Positions 16,004 to 24,644 of a stretch of DNA of 64,000 nucleotides are shown here, piece by piece. Under the pieces are notes generated by a model, which saw nothing but the letters and a program-made list of their open reading frames with translations, made no database searches and was not told the origin of the DNA. The stretch's first letter is position 1; every line of letters begins with the position of its first letter. Position numbers and translations under genes: made by a program. The stretch covers positions 16,243 to 80,242 of the forward strand of contig JASHOG010000040.1 in the NCBI GenBank assembly GCA_030041225.1, given 5' to 3'. The DNA is from Vulcanimicrobiota bacterium (lineage in GTDB: Bacteria; Vulcanimicrobiota; Vulcanimicrobiia; Vulcanimicrobiales; Vulcanimicrobiaceae).

Positions 16004-18966
16004 TGAAGCGGTCGGTCGCTGTCGTCTTTGCGAGCTCCGTGCTGGCGCTACTTACGATAGGAGCGACGCCCGCTCCGCGCGATCCATTTGCGGCACTGAC
16101 GTTCCGAAGCCTCGGCCCTGACTCCGGCCGCCTCGACGCGGCGGCGGGCGTTCCCGGAGATCCAAGCATCTACTACGTCGGCGGCATCGGCGGTCTCTTC
16201 AAGTCCACGGACGGGGGCGCGACGTTCACATCGATCTTCGACGAGCCCGACGTCGGTGCAGTCGGCGCGATCGCCGTCGCGCCCTCGAGTCCGGACATCG
16301 TGTATATCGGAACGGGCGAGCCGAACCTCCGGAATGACATCGTTGCCGGCGACGGTGTGTGGCGGTCCGATGATGCGGGCAAGACGTGGCGCCACGTCGG
16401 GCTCGACGCGAGCGCGTATATCGCGCAGATCGCTATCGATCCGCACGATCCGGATATCGCGTACGTTGCGGCGATCGGCCCGGTCTTCGGCAGCGGCACG
16501 GTACGCGGCATCTACAAGACGAGCGATGGCGGAAAGACGTGGCAGCACGTGCTCGCTCTCGACGATCGCACCGGAGCGTCGAGTGTCGTCATCGATCCCG
16601 CCGACTCGTCGACAGTCCTTGCCGGCGCCTGGACCGCCTGGCGCAAGCCGTGGATTTTCAGCAGCGGCGGTCCGGACGACGGGCTCTACATCTCGCATGA
16701 CGCCGGAGCGCACTGGAGTCGTGTCGAGGGGAACGGCTTTCCAGACGGACTCACCGGGCGCATTGGCCTCGCCTACGCACCGTCGAACCCCTCGCGGATC
16801 TATGCGCTGATCGAGTCGAAGAGGGGTGTGCTCTGGCGCAGCGATGACAGCGGAGCAACGTGGCGTCTCATCAACGCGGGCCATGCGCTTGCGCAGCGCC
16901 CCTTCTACTTCTCGGAGCTCTCCGTCGATCCGCGCGACCAGAATCACGTCTACTTCCTCTCGTACAATGTCTTGGAGTCGCTCGACGGCGGAAAGACGAC
17001 GCATTCCGTGACCGCTGGTTCGAACGAGATCGACTTCCTCGGCGACAACCACCAGCTGTGGATCGACCCGAGCTTCGGCGCCCGCATGATCCTCGTCGAT
17101 GACCAGGGCGCAGCAATCTCGTTCGACGGCGGCAGAGACTGGATCTACCCGCAGATTCCGGTTTCGGAGATCTACCATCTTACGACGGACGATCGGATCC
17201 CGTACACGATCTGCACGGAAACCCAAGACGAGGGCAGTGCCTGCGGCCCGAACAACTCGAAGAGTGCAGGGATCACAGGTTCCGACTGGTTTAACGCCGC
17301 GGGCGGTGAGAGCGGCTGGATCCTCTTCGATCCAGCGAATCAAGACTGTATCTACGGCAGCGGGTACGAGGGAGTGCTCTCGCGTTTTGACCGGCGCACG
17401 AATCAGGCAATTGACATCTCTCCTTGGCCCTTCATAACGATAGGCTGGGTCACTCGCGACCTGCGCTATAGGTTCCAGTGGACTGCGCCGGTCGCCGTCA
17501 GCGCGCTCGAACCGCACGCACTCTACTTCGGTGGTAACGTCCTCTTCAAGTCGGACGACGAAGGCCTGCGCTGGCACGTCATCAGCCCCGACCTCACGCG
17601 TGACGACAAGAGTAAGCAGCTCGCCAGCGGCGGTCCGATCACGCCCGACGAAACCGGCACCGAGAGGTACGACACGATCTTCACCATCGCGGAGTCTCCG
17701 CTTCGGCGCGGCGAGATCTGGGTGGGCACGGACGACGGACTCGTCTGGCTAACGCGTGACGGCGGCCGTCGTTGGCAGAATCTCACGGCGCACATTCCGG
17801 GTATGCCCGAGTGGGCGCGAGTGAGCGGCCTCGTTCCTTCGCGTTTCGATCCCGCAACGGCGTATCTCACCGTTGACACGCACCTCATCGGCGACCCATC
17901 GCCCCATCTTTGGATGACGAGCGATTATGGTGCACACTGGCGACCGATTGCGGGCGATCTCTCTCATGCGTCGTACTCGCTCGTCTTAAAGGAGGATCCG
18001 TTCCGGCGCGGGTTGCTCTATCTCGGCACGGGGAAGGGGCTCTATCTGAGCTTCGACGACGGGACGCATTGGATGAGGATGCACGGCGGGCTCCCCACCG
18101 TGCCCGTCTATGACCTTGTTGTCCAGCCGCAGTTCGACGATCTGGTCGTGGGGACGCACGGGCGCGGAGTCTACGTGCTCGACGATCTCCATCCGCTGCA
18201 GGAGTATACGAGCGCGCTCGCCGCACGACCGCTCGCGCTCTTCACGGCGCGTACGGCCTATCGTTGGAGCACCGGTCGTAACACGTACGCCATCGACACG
18301 CAGCTCGGCACCGACCCGGCGTACGGTGCACTCGTCGACTTTTGGCTGCGCGACCTCCCGCTCAAGGGCAGGCAGGTCGACGTGCGTATCGACAGTGGCA
18401 CGCAGCGAATCCGAACGATCGTCGTCGCACACCCGCATGCCGGGATGAATCGCGTCGTCTGGGATCTGCGATACACCGGACTTGTGCCGGTGAAGGGCTC
18501 CGATCCCTTGAGCAGATTCGGTTTAGCCGGCTTCGACGGTCCGCGCGTCGTACCTGGTCTCTACCGGATCTCGGTTTCGGCTTCGGGCGTAACACGCAGC
18601 GGCACCGTCCGCGTCGCGGTCGATCCCCAATCACGCACGGCAGCGGCCGCGCTGCGAGCGCAGCTTGCGTTCCTCATGCGAATCCACAACGATCTCGCCC
18701 TCATCGGGGCGACGATCGACGCGCTGCGCGCCCTTCACACACCGCAGGCGGATGCGATCGCAGGGGAACTCTTCCAGCCACGAGCGAGGGAAGGCGAGGA
18801 CGTCCTACGTTACCCGGGTCACGCTTACGAGCTGCTGGGCGGTCTCGCGGCCGACGCGAGCCTCACCGACGCTGCTCCAACCGCTGCCCAGCGCGCCGCC
18901 CTGAGGTATCTCGAATCGCAGATACACGCGGCGCTCGTGCGCGCACAACCGCTCCTATCCCCTTGA
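16000..18966 (+). CDS. secreted BNR/Asp-box repeat beta-propeller protein (sortilin/VPS10- or GH74-like architecture)
   Basis: Track ORF 15952-18966; start at ATG 16000 (an ATGA overlap with the upstream stop) gives the signal peptide MMKRSVAVVFASSVLALLTIGA. At least 11 S-x-D-x-G-x-(T/H)-W Asp-boxes (STDGGATF, SDDAGKTW, TSDGGKTW, SHDAGAHW, SDDSGATW, SFDGGRDW, SDDEGLRW, TRDGGRRW, TSDYGAHW, SFDDGTHW ...). Confidence 0.85.
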   Translation: MMKRSVAVVFASSVLALLTIGATPAPRDPFAALTFRSLGPDSGRLDAAAGVPGDPSIYYVGGIGGLFKSTDGGATFTSIFDEPDVGAVGAIAVAPSSPDIVYIGTGEPNLRNDIVAGDGVWRSDDAGKTWRHVGLDASAYIAQIAIDPHDPDIAYVAAIGPVFGSGTVRGIYKTSDGGKTWQHVLALDDRTGASSVVIDPADSSTVLAGAWTAWRKPWIFSSGGPDDGLYISHDAGAHWSRVEGNGFPDGLTGRIGLAYAPSNPSRIYALIESKRGVLWRSDDSGATWRLINAGHALAQRPFYFSELSVDPRDQNHVYFLSYNVLESLDGGKTTHSVTAGSNEIDFLGDNHQLWIDPSFGARMILVDDQGAAISFDGGRDWIYPQIPVSEIYHLTTDDRIPYTICTETQDEGSACGPNNSKSAGITGSDWFNAAGGESGWILFDPANQDCIYGSGYEGVLSRFDRRTNQAIDISPWPFITIGWVTRDLRYRFQWTAPVAVSALEPHALYFGGNVLFKSDDEGLRWHVISPDLTRDDKSKQLASGGPITPDETGTERYDTIFTIAESPLRRGEIWVGTDDGLVWLTRDGGRRWQNLTAHIPGMPEWARVSGLVPSRFDPATAYLTVDTHLIGDPSPHLWMTSDYGAHWRPIAGDLSHASYSLVLKEDPFRRGLLYLGTGKGLYLSFDDGTHWMRMHGGLPTVPVYDLVVQPQFDDLVVGTHGRGVYVLDDLHPLQEYTSALAARPLALFTARTAYRWSTGRNTYAIDTQLGTDPAYGALVDFWLRDLPLKGRQVDVRIDSGTQRIRTIVVAHPHAGMNRVVWDLRYTGLVPVKGSDPLSRFGLAGFDGPRVVPGLYRISVSASGVTRSGTVRVAVDPQSRTAAAALRAQLAFLMRIHNDLALIGATIDALRALHTPQADAIAGELFQPRAREGEDVLRYPGHAYELLGGLAADASLTDAAPTAAQRAALRYLESQIHAALVRAQPLLSP

Positions 18967-18980
18967 AAGGCAGTATCACG

Positions 18981-19280
18981 ATGCCCGCATACGTCATCGT
19001 TGACGTCGACACAAAATACCCGCAAGAGTACGAGCACTATAAGGAAATGGCGCAGAAAACGGTCGCGCAGTACGGAGGACGCTACCTCGTGCGAGGTGGC
19101 CAGATGAACGTGTTGGAGGGCTCGTGGCAACCCACGCGGATCGTCGTCGTCGAGTTCGATTCATACGAGAAGGCCCACGAGTGGTGGAACTCGGTCGAGT
19201 ATGCTCCGGCAAAGGCGTTGCGCCAGCGGCTGAGTACGACCCACCTTCTCATCGTCGACGGTTACAATACGACGTTCTGA
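18981..19280 (+). CDS. DUF1330 domain protein
   Basis: This is the last 99 codons of track ORF 18342-19280: MPAYVIVDVDTKYPQEYEHYKEMAQKTVAQYGGRYLVRGG...VVVEFDSYEKAHEWWNSVEYAPAKALR, which matches DUF1330. The upstream part of that ORF overlaps the BNR gene and is spurious. Confidence 0.75.
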   Translation: MPAYVIVDVDTKYPQEYEHYKEMAQKTVAQYGGRYLVRGGQMNVLEGSWQPTRIVVVEFDSYEKAHEWWNSVEYAPAKALRQRLSTTHLLIVDGYNTTF

Positions 19281-20593
19281 CGTTGCGCACTCTTTTCCAG
19301 GGACGCGAGTACAGCCGCGCCGAGTGCAGTGCACGCGGTCAGCGCGGCAAGCGAGATGAATGCCTTACCCCAACCGAACTGCAACTCAATGCGTGCGACG
19401 GCAACACCGGCTAACGCGCCACCGAGGTAGCCAACCCCATCGATGATTCCCGCCGTCAGCGCGCCCCCTTTGCGCCCGCCGAAATCGAGCGCCATCGCAC
19501 CGGCGAGATACGAATACGGTCCGGTGTTGAAGAATCCAACCGCGAGGACGAGTGCAACGGTGAGTGCGCCGGCGCCCTTTGGAACGAGGGCAAGCCCACC
19601 GATTGCGCACGCTGCAAGCGTCAAGCCGACGAAGGCAATGCGCGCTCGCGCACCGGCCCCAAGACGATCGCTCAGCCAGCCGGCGGCGAGCACCGAGACG
19701 ATCCCGGCGACGGGAAGGGCCGCACTGTACGCCACCGCCTGCGCAATACTGAAGCCGCCGCTCGAGGCAAAATACACCGGGGTCCAGGTGTTGAAGGTTT
19801 CACGCAGGAGCGTTGTCCCAAACGAGAGCGCGCACACGATCCAAAACGCAGTGCTACTGAGGAGCGGCTGCAAGAGGGCATGAATGCTCGACGGCCTCTC
19901 GTTCGAGCCGCTCTCTCCAAACACGTTCAACGGGCTTACCTCGGGCGGCGCGAACCCGACGGCGGTTCTCGAGTCCTTGAGCAGGAAGAGGTTGAGCAGA
20001 AAAATGACGATGAGCGCCGCCGCTCCGACGAAAAAGAGCGCGCGCCACCCGAATCCGATGCCGATGAACGCACTCATGCCGAGCCGCGTGATCGCGTCGC
20101 CTACCAAGAAACTGAGGCTGAGGATTGCCATCACGCCGCCGTACGACGTGTAAGAAAACCAATTCGCGCTCACCTTGACGAGGCCGGGCCATCCAATCGA
20201 TTGAAGCAGCCGATTGCCGATCCACGCGAGGAGGAGGATCGGCGGCCCGATAGCGCTCGCAAAGAGTAGCGTGCAGGCGATCACGCCAACCATCGCCAGG
20301 AGCAGACTGCGCTTCCCCCCGAAAAAGTCGCCGATCCCTGACAGGAAAAATTTGCCGAACGCGTATGCAAGCGAACCGAGCGAGAAGAGCGTGCCGAGCT
20401 CAAGGGTTGCGTCCTTCACGCTCATGCCGCGGGAATGGAGATCCACGATCAAGAGCGGCGCTGCGACGACCAGGGTCACGCGACACGAATACATGCCGGC
20501 ATAGGCGGCAAAAAGCATAGCGACGACAGCGGCTTGCCAGAGCAACTCGACTCGTGGGCGTCCTTCGCGTTCGGTTCGCAGCGGCGTTTTCAC
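19262..20593 (-). CDS. MFS transporter (possibly organophosphate:phosphate antiporter-like)
   Basis: 443-aa ORF with about 12 predicted TM segments and MFS loop motifs (GDFFGGKRSLLL). Substrate not assignable. Confidence 0.8.
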   Translation of the reverse strand: MKTPLRTEREGRPRVELLWQAAVVAMLFAAYAGMYSCRVTLVVAAPLLIVDLHSRGMSVKDATLELGTLFSLGSLAYAFGKFFLSGIGDFFGGKRSLLLAMVGVIACTLLFASAIGPPILLLAWIGNRLLQSIGWPGLVKVSANWFSYTSYGGVMAILSLSFLVGDAITRLGMSAFIGIGFGWRALFFVGAAALIVIFLLNLFLLKDSRTAVGFAPPEVSPLNVFGESGSNERPSSIHALLQPLLSSTAFWIVCALSFGTTLLRETFNTWTPVYFASSGGFSIAQAVAYSAALPVAGIVSVLAAGWLSDRLGAGARARIAFVGLTLAACAIGGLALVPKGAGALTVALVLAVGFFNTGPYSYLAGAMALDFGGRKGGALTAGIIDGVGYLGGALAGVAVARIELQFGWGKAFISLAALTACTALGAAVLASLEKSAQRQNVVL

Positions 20594-20612
20594 ATGACGA
20601 CGGTGCTCGCCA

Positions 20613-21689
20613 TCACGAGCTCAAGAGCTCTCCGAGAACCTCGAAGTTTCGCTCGGCGAGCTCCCGCAGTTTGGGAAGCCGTTCGAGCAGGTGTGCGCGC
20701 AGCTCGTCGTGGCGTGCAACGACCGCGTCGGCGAGAGCCTGGGCGTTCGCTGCGCCGTCTCGCCGCGCGGCGCGAAGCGGCTCGAGCGGGTACCCGAGAT
20801 CGTCGAGCAACGCATCGACCTTCGGATCGTACGGGACGGCGAGGAAGGGCACCCCGGCGCGCGCCGCGAGGATGAGCGCGTGGAGCCGCATCCCAATGAC
20901 GATGCGCGCGCTTGCCAGTACCGCAGCCGCCTTCGGCAACGACGGCTCGGGAAGGAGCACCGGCGCGCTCTTGCACGCGCGAATCACCCTGGTCGATGCC
21001 GCCGCGTCGCTCGCACCGCCCAGCGGAAGAAACGCGACGCGAATCCCGTTCTGCTCGTTCAGCCGATCGACCGCGTGCGCAAGTGGTTCGATGAGCGCAC
21101 GAAGAGCCGCACACTCGCGCACGCAGACGACTGCGTACGGCTGTGACTCCTCTCCTAAGCCCTCGTACGTGAGATCGCCGCCTGCAGTAGGCTCGTACAA
21201 GAAGACCGGATCCGCCGTCAGCTCGACGGGCGTACCGGGGAGCAACGAGGAGAGGAGCGCACGCGATCGTTCGTCACGCACAGTCGCACGGTCGACGCCG
21301 CGGCACAGGCGCCGCACGAACATCGTGCCGAGCGCATCGAGAGGCCCGATCGATTGCGCGAAGATCATCGTTTTGCGGCCTGCGCGAACCGCGTCGCGCA
21401 GAATGCCGGCGTAGTAGAAGAGACTGCGCAGCGACGTCGCGTTCTGCAGCAAGCCGCCGCCGCCGGAGACGACGGCGTCGGCGCTCGCGATCGCCGTGCG
21501 CACGTCGCGCATGTCCCATCGCTGCGTCGCCTCCACGCCGAAGCGCTGCGCCGTTGCCTGCGGCGTCGCGGAGAGTACGTCGAGCCGCACGTGCGGAAAG
21601 CGCAGTTTGACGCGCTCGACGATCACCTCGAGCAGCGCCTCGTCGCCGAGGTTACCGAAACCGTAGTAGCCGGAGAGCAGCACCCGCAT
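20613..21689 (-). CDS. csaB: polysaccharide pyruvyl transferase CsaB
   Basis: 358-aa ORF. The N-terminus MRVLLSGYYGFGNLGDEALLEVIV and the overall layout are typical of CsaB, the secondary cell wall polymer pyruvyltransferase. Confidence 0.8.
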   Translation of the reverse strand: MRVLLSGYYGFGNLGDEALLEVIVERVKLRFPHVRLDVLSATPQATAQRFGVEATQRWDMRDVRTAIASADAVVSGGGGLLQNATSLRSLFYYAGILRDAVRAGRKTMIFAQSIGPLDALGTMFVRRLCRGVDRATVRDERSRALLSSLLPGTPVELTADPVFLYEPTAGGDLTYEGLGEESQPYAVVCVRECAALRALIEPLAHAVDRLNEQNGIRVAFLPLGGASDAAASTRVIRACKSAPVLLPEPSLPKAAAVLASARIVIGMRLHALILAARAGVPFLAVPYDPKVDALLDDLGYPLEPLRAARRDGAANAQALADAVVARHDELRAHLLERLPKLRELAERNFEVLGELLSS

Positions 21690-21695
21690 CGAGCC

Positions 21696-23708
21696 CTACA
21701 CCCGCGCGAAGCGGCGGTAGAGCCAAATGACGGCGGCCCCGATAAGCGCGCCGATCCAGAGTCCGTTGAAGATGCGCAGGATCGAGATCAACAGAGGCGT
21801 GTGGAGGTGCGAGAACGTGTCGACGATGTCGCCGATTCCAACACCGGCACCGAGCGCGAAGATCCATCCGATCGCGCGTCGATGCGCCGGAACGAGTGCG
21901 GCGATGAGCATCATCGACGGATAGCCGACGAGAAACTCCTTGAAACGCGGGCGCACGGACAGCACCGCTTCCAAGATGTGGCGCGCCACGAGCTCGGCGT
22001 GCGACGGCGCAATCTCGCTCTCGTTGCCGCTGCGCATGACGAGGATCACGCCCGCCCCGATGATGACGAGCCCCGCCAGGAGTTGATAGAGCTCGATCGG
22101 CGCGAGAAAGACGTCGCGCGCGCGCCGCGATCCTATCGGAAACTTTCCACTAAAGAGGTAGAGCAGGAGGCCCGCGAGCGGCGGGAACGTCAGGACGGCT
22201 CGCACGCCGCGGAAGCGCTCGATCTCCTCCATGACGAGCGGCGAGCTCAAGAGGCCGACGATCACGAGCGCGCCGACCAGCGCGACGCTCGTCGCAATGA
22301 GCGTCCATTTCAGCGAACGCAGGATCTGCGCTCCGGTTCGCGCCTGAGGCGCATCGGCGAAGGCCGGCGCGAGCGCGAGAAACGCGGCGATCTCGAAGAG
22401 CAACGCGCCTGCGAGCGCGATGACGGAACGCGCGAAGATGTCGTGATGCACCGCGAGTCCGGCGGCGTAGAGGAGCACGGTGAGCACGTACGCAGCGACG
22501 ACGAGGTCGCGCCGGTACCAGCCGAGCACGAGCAAGAGCAGTGCAAACACCGACGGAACGCAGAGCGCGACGAGTCCGACGAGCACGCGGTTGTCGCCGT
22601 GGTAGAGCGGGATCGGCGTTGCACGTCCGAGGACAAAACCGTGCGCCTTCAACTGTTGCGCGATATCGCGCACCATTTCGACGTTCGTCTGCTCGATCGA
22701 GAGATCTCCGTCCTGGTGCTGCCACGTGCGAAGATAAACAACGCGCACGTTACGCTCGCGCACGCCGAGCACGTAGCGGTCGATCACGTCATCGAGCGAG
22801 AGCTTCTCGAGCTCGGTGCGTGCAATCGCTTGGACGCGTACCGTGCGGCCCGCAATGAGCTTCCCGAGCGTGTCGTTGCCTTTCTGCACTTGGCTCGGGT
22901 CGTACGTTTCGATGGAGCCGAAGGAGAAGAGATGACCGCGCTCGCGAAAGATTCGCGCGGCGTCGTCGAGATGGTCGGGGTAGCCCCAGACTTCGTTACG
23001 CAAACCGAAGAACACGATCGTCGAAACCTTCGGATCGAAGCGAAGGACATCGTCGATCTGCTCGTCCATCTGCGTTGCGGTGAAGTGCTCGTCGTTCTGG
23101 AAGCGCGGAATCACGAGCAACCCCAAGCGCTTGGCGAGCAGGATTTGATCCGTAGGAATTCCGAGCGACTCTGCGTTGAAGTAGTCGAGCTGCGTGCGCA
23201 CCTCGATGAGCCACGGAAAGCGCTGACGCAGAATGCGCACGCTGTCCGGCATGAAGTGAAGAGGGAGCTGCGTCCGATACCGCTCGTACGTCGCGCGGTC
23301 GGTAACGATGAGGTAGATCGCGTCGGGGTCGATGTTTCCGCTTCGTGCCAGAGAGGCGAGCAGCGGGTCGCGCAGCGGCGTCAGTTCCGACTGCGAGAGC
23401 AGCGCGCCGCCGGTGAGCGCGTACGCCTTCCCGTTGGTCCCGATGTCCGAGCCGAGCTCCTCGGTAAGGGCGAGCGAGGTCAGCCCGGCGCGGCGTAGGG
23501 CGATGAGAAATGCGGCAGGATTGTAGTCGTAGGCGCGCGCGAGCTGGACGAAGTCCTGGTAATCCATCGCAATCTCGACACGCTGAGCATGCGCCTCCGT
23601 GCGCAGCCGGAAGCCTGCAACGGCGAGAGCAGCCACGAGGCCGATGAGCAAAATAAGCGCGGGAAACCGCGCGCGTGGCTCCGTCGTCAGCACCAGTCGC
23701 CCTTTCAA
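21696..23708 (-). CDS. large polytopic membrane protein, DUF5693-like (commonly adjacent to csaB)
   Basis: 670-aa ORF with an N-terminal TM, about 330 aa of extracytoplasmic domain, then a multi-TM C-terminal half. Family assignment is from memory of csaB neighbourhoods. GTG 23693 (SD GAAAGGG, 6-nt spacer) is a plausible alternative start to TTG 23708. Confidence 0.65.
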   Translation of the reverse strand: MKGRLVLTTEPRARFPALILLIGLVAALAVAGFRLRTEAHAQRVEIAMDYQDFVQLARAYDYNPAAFLIALRRAGLTSLALTEELGSDIGTNGKAYALTGGALLSQSELTPLRDPLLASLARSGNIDPDAIYLIVTDRATYERYRTQLPLHFMPDSVRILRQRFPWLIEVRTQLDYFNAESLGIPTDQILLAKRLGLLVIPRFQNDEHFTATQMDEQIDDVLRFDPKVSTIVFFGLRNEVWGYPDHLDDAARIFRERGHLFSFGSIETYDPSQVQKGNDTLGKLIAGRTVRVQAIARTELEKLSLDDVIDRYVLGVRERNVRVVYLRTWQHQDGDLSIEQTNVEMVRDIAQQLKAHGFVLGRATPIPLYHGDNRVLVGLVALCVPSVFALLLLVLGWYRRDLVVAAYVLTVLLYAAGLAVHHDIFARSVIALAGALLFEIAAFLALAPAFADAPQARTGAQILRSLKWTLIATSVALVGALVIVGLLSSPLVMEEIERFRGVRAVLTFPPLAGLLLYLFSGKFPIGSRRARDVFLAPIELYQLLAGLVIIGAGVILVMRSGNESEIAPSHAELVARHILEAVLSVRPRFKEFLVGYPSMMLIAALVPAHRRAIGWIFALGAGVGIGDIVDTFSHLHTPLLISILRIFNGLWIGALIGAAVIWLYRRFARV

Positions 23709-23713
23709 TCCCG

Positions 23714-23748
23714 GAAAACAAGAGGCCTCGCCGTAGGCGAGGCTCTTG
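23714..23748 (-). terminator. GC-rich hairpin plus U-tract (intrinsic terminator or attenuator) between the crotonase/hicB unit and the DUF5693-csaB-MFS unit
   Basis: Minus-strand RNA reads CAAGAGCCUCGCC-UAC-GGCGAGGCCUCUUG-UUUUCC, a 13-bp stem with one bulged G. Coordinates anchored to track ORFs 21696-23708 and 23705-23935. Confidence 0.4.
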
Positions 23749-23867
23749 CCGTCGCGTATGCGGTTTCCCGCATACCGGGTGTGGGCGACGTCTTTTTCCC
23801 TTCTCCGGCGGTGCCCACGTGTCCGCTCCGGAGAGCTCGGGAGGCGTCCTCTTCGGTGCCCCCAACC

Positions 23868-24644
23868 CTACCCCTTCCAGCGGGGCGGCCTCTTTTCAAG
23901 GAACGCGCTGATCCCCTCTTGAGCAGCATCCTCAAGGGCGTTGCGCGTCATGATCTCTTTCGTGTACGCGTAGGCAGCGTCGTCATCGCGACTTATTTGC
24001 CCATAGAAGGCTCCCTTCCCGATGCCCACTACGAGGCCGCTTGCCTCGCCGATCCGGCGGCATAACGAAAGCACTGTCGCCCGCAGTTGGTCGCGTGGAA
24101 CGACCCTGTTGACGAGGCCCCATGCACACGCCGTTGCTGCGTCGATCGACTCTCCGGTCAGCAGCATCTCCATCGCGCGTTTGCGACCTACCGCGCGCGT
24201 CAGCGCAACCATCGGCGTACTGCAAAAGAGGCCGATGCGAACGCCCGGCGTTGCGAACGTCGCTTCCTCAGAGGCAACGGCAAGATCGCACGCCGCGACG
24301 AGTTGGCAGCCTGCCGCCGTCGCAATGCCGCCGACCTCGGCGATGACCGGTTGTGGCACCGTGCGAATCGCTTCCATCAGCAGGACGCAGGCATCGAAGA
24401 TCTCGCGATATGCCTGCGCCTCGCGTCCGCGAAGCTCCGTCAAATCGTGCCCGGCAGAGAACGCCGGCCCCTCAGCCGCGATCACGATCGCGCGAACCTC
24501 ACGATCCGCTCCGAGGGCGCGCAGCTGCTCCGTCATCTCTTGCATCATTGTAAGAGAAAGCGCATTGCGTCGCTGTGGGCGCTGCATCATGAGAATCGCC
24601 GTACCCTCGACGCGCTGGACTGACGTCAAGCGTTCACCGATCAT
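23868..24644 (-). CDS. enoyl-CoA hydratase/isomerase (crotonase) family protein
   Basis: 258-aa ORF with the crotonase fold signature (VIAAEGPAFSAGHDL ... IAEVGGIATAAGCQLVAACDLAVAS). Confidence 0.85.
   Translation of the reverse strand: MIGERLTSVQRVEGTAILMMQRPQRRNALSLTMMQEMTEQLRALGADREVRAIVIAAEGPAFSAGHDLTELRGREAQAYREIFDACVLLMEAIRTVPQPVIAEVGGIATAAGCQLVAACDLAVASEEATFATPGVRIGLFCSTPMVALTRAVGRKRAMEMLLTGESIDAATACAWGLVNRVVPRDQLRATVLSLCRRIGEASGLVVGIGKGAFYGQISRDDDAAYAYTKEIMTRNALEDAAQEGISAFLEKRPPRWKG

Noticed and set aside
18342-18980. The upstream two-thirds of track ORF 18342-19280
   Set aside because: It overlaps the 3' end of the Asp-box propeller gene in another frame and is Arg-rich nonsense. 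Only the last 99 codons (from ATG 18981) match DUF1330.
21354-23498. 714-aa + strand ORF, the longest of many long ORFs lying antisense or out of frame to real genes (also 16048-17577, 12063-13214, 27899-29293, 33428-34876, 37780-39330, 36710-37852, 54642-55700, 56995-58062, 20554-21414)
   Set aside because: The translations are Arg/Ala/Asp/Glu-rich low-complexity sequence with no recognisable motifs. Each fully overlaps a gene on the other strand or frame that has clear family signatures. Long stop-free shadow frames like these are expected in high-GC DNA.
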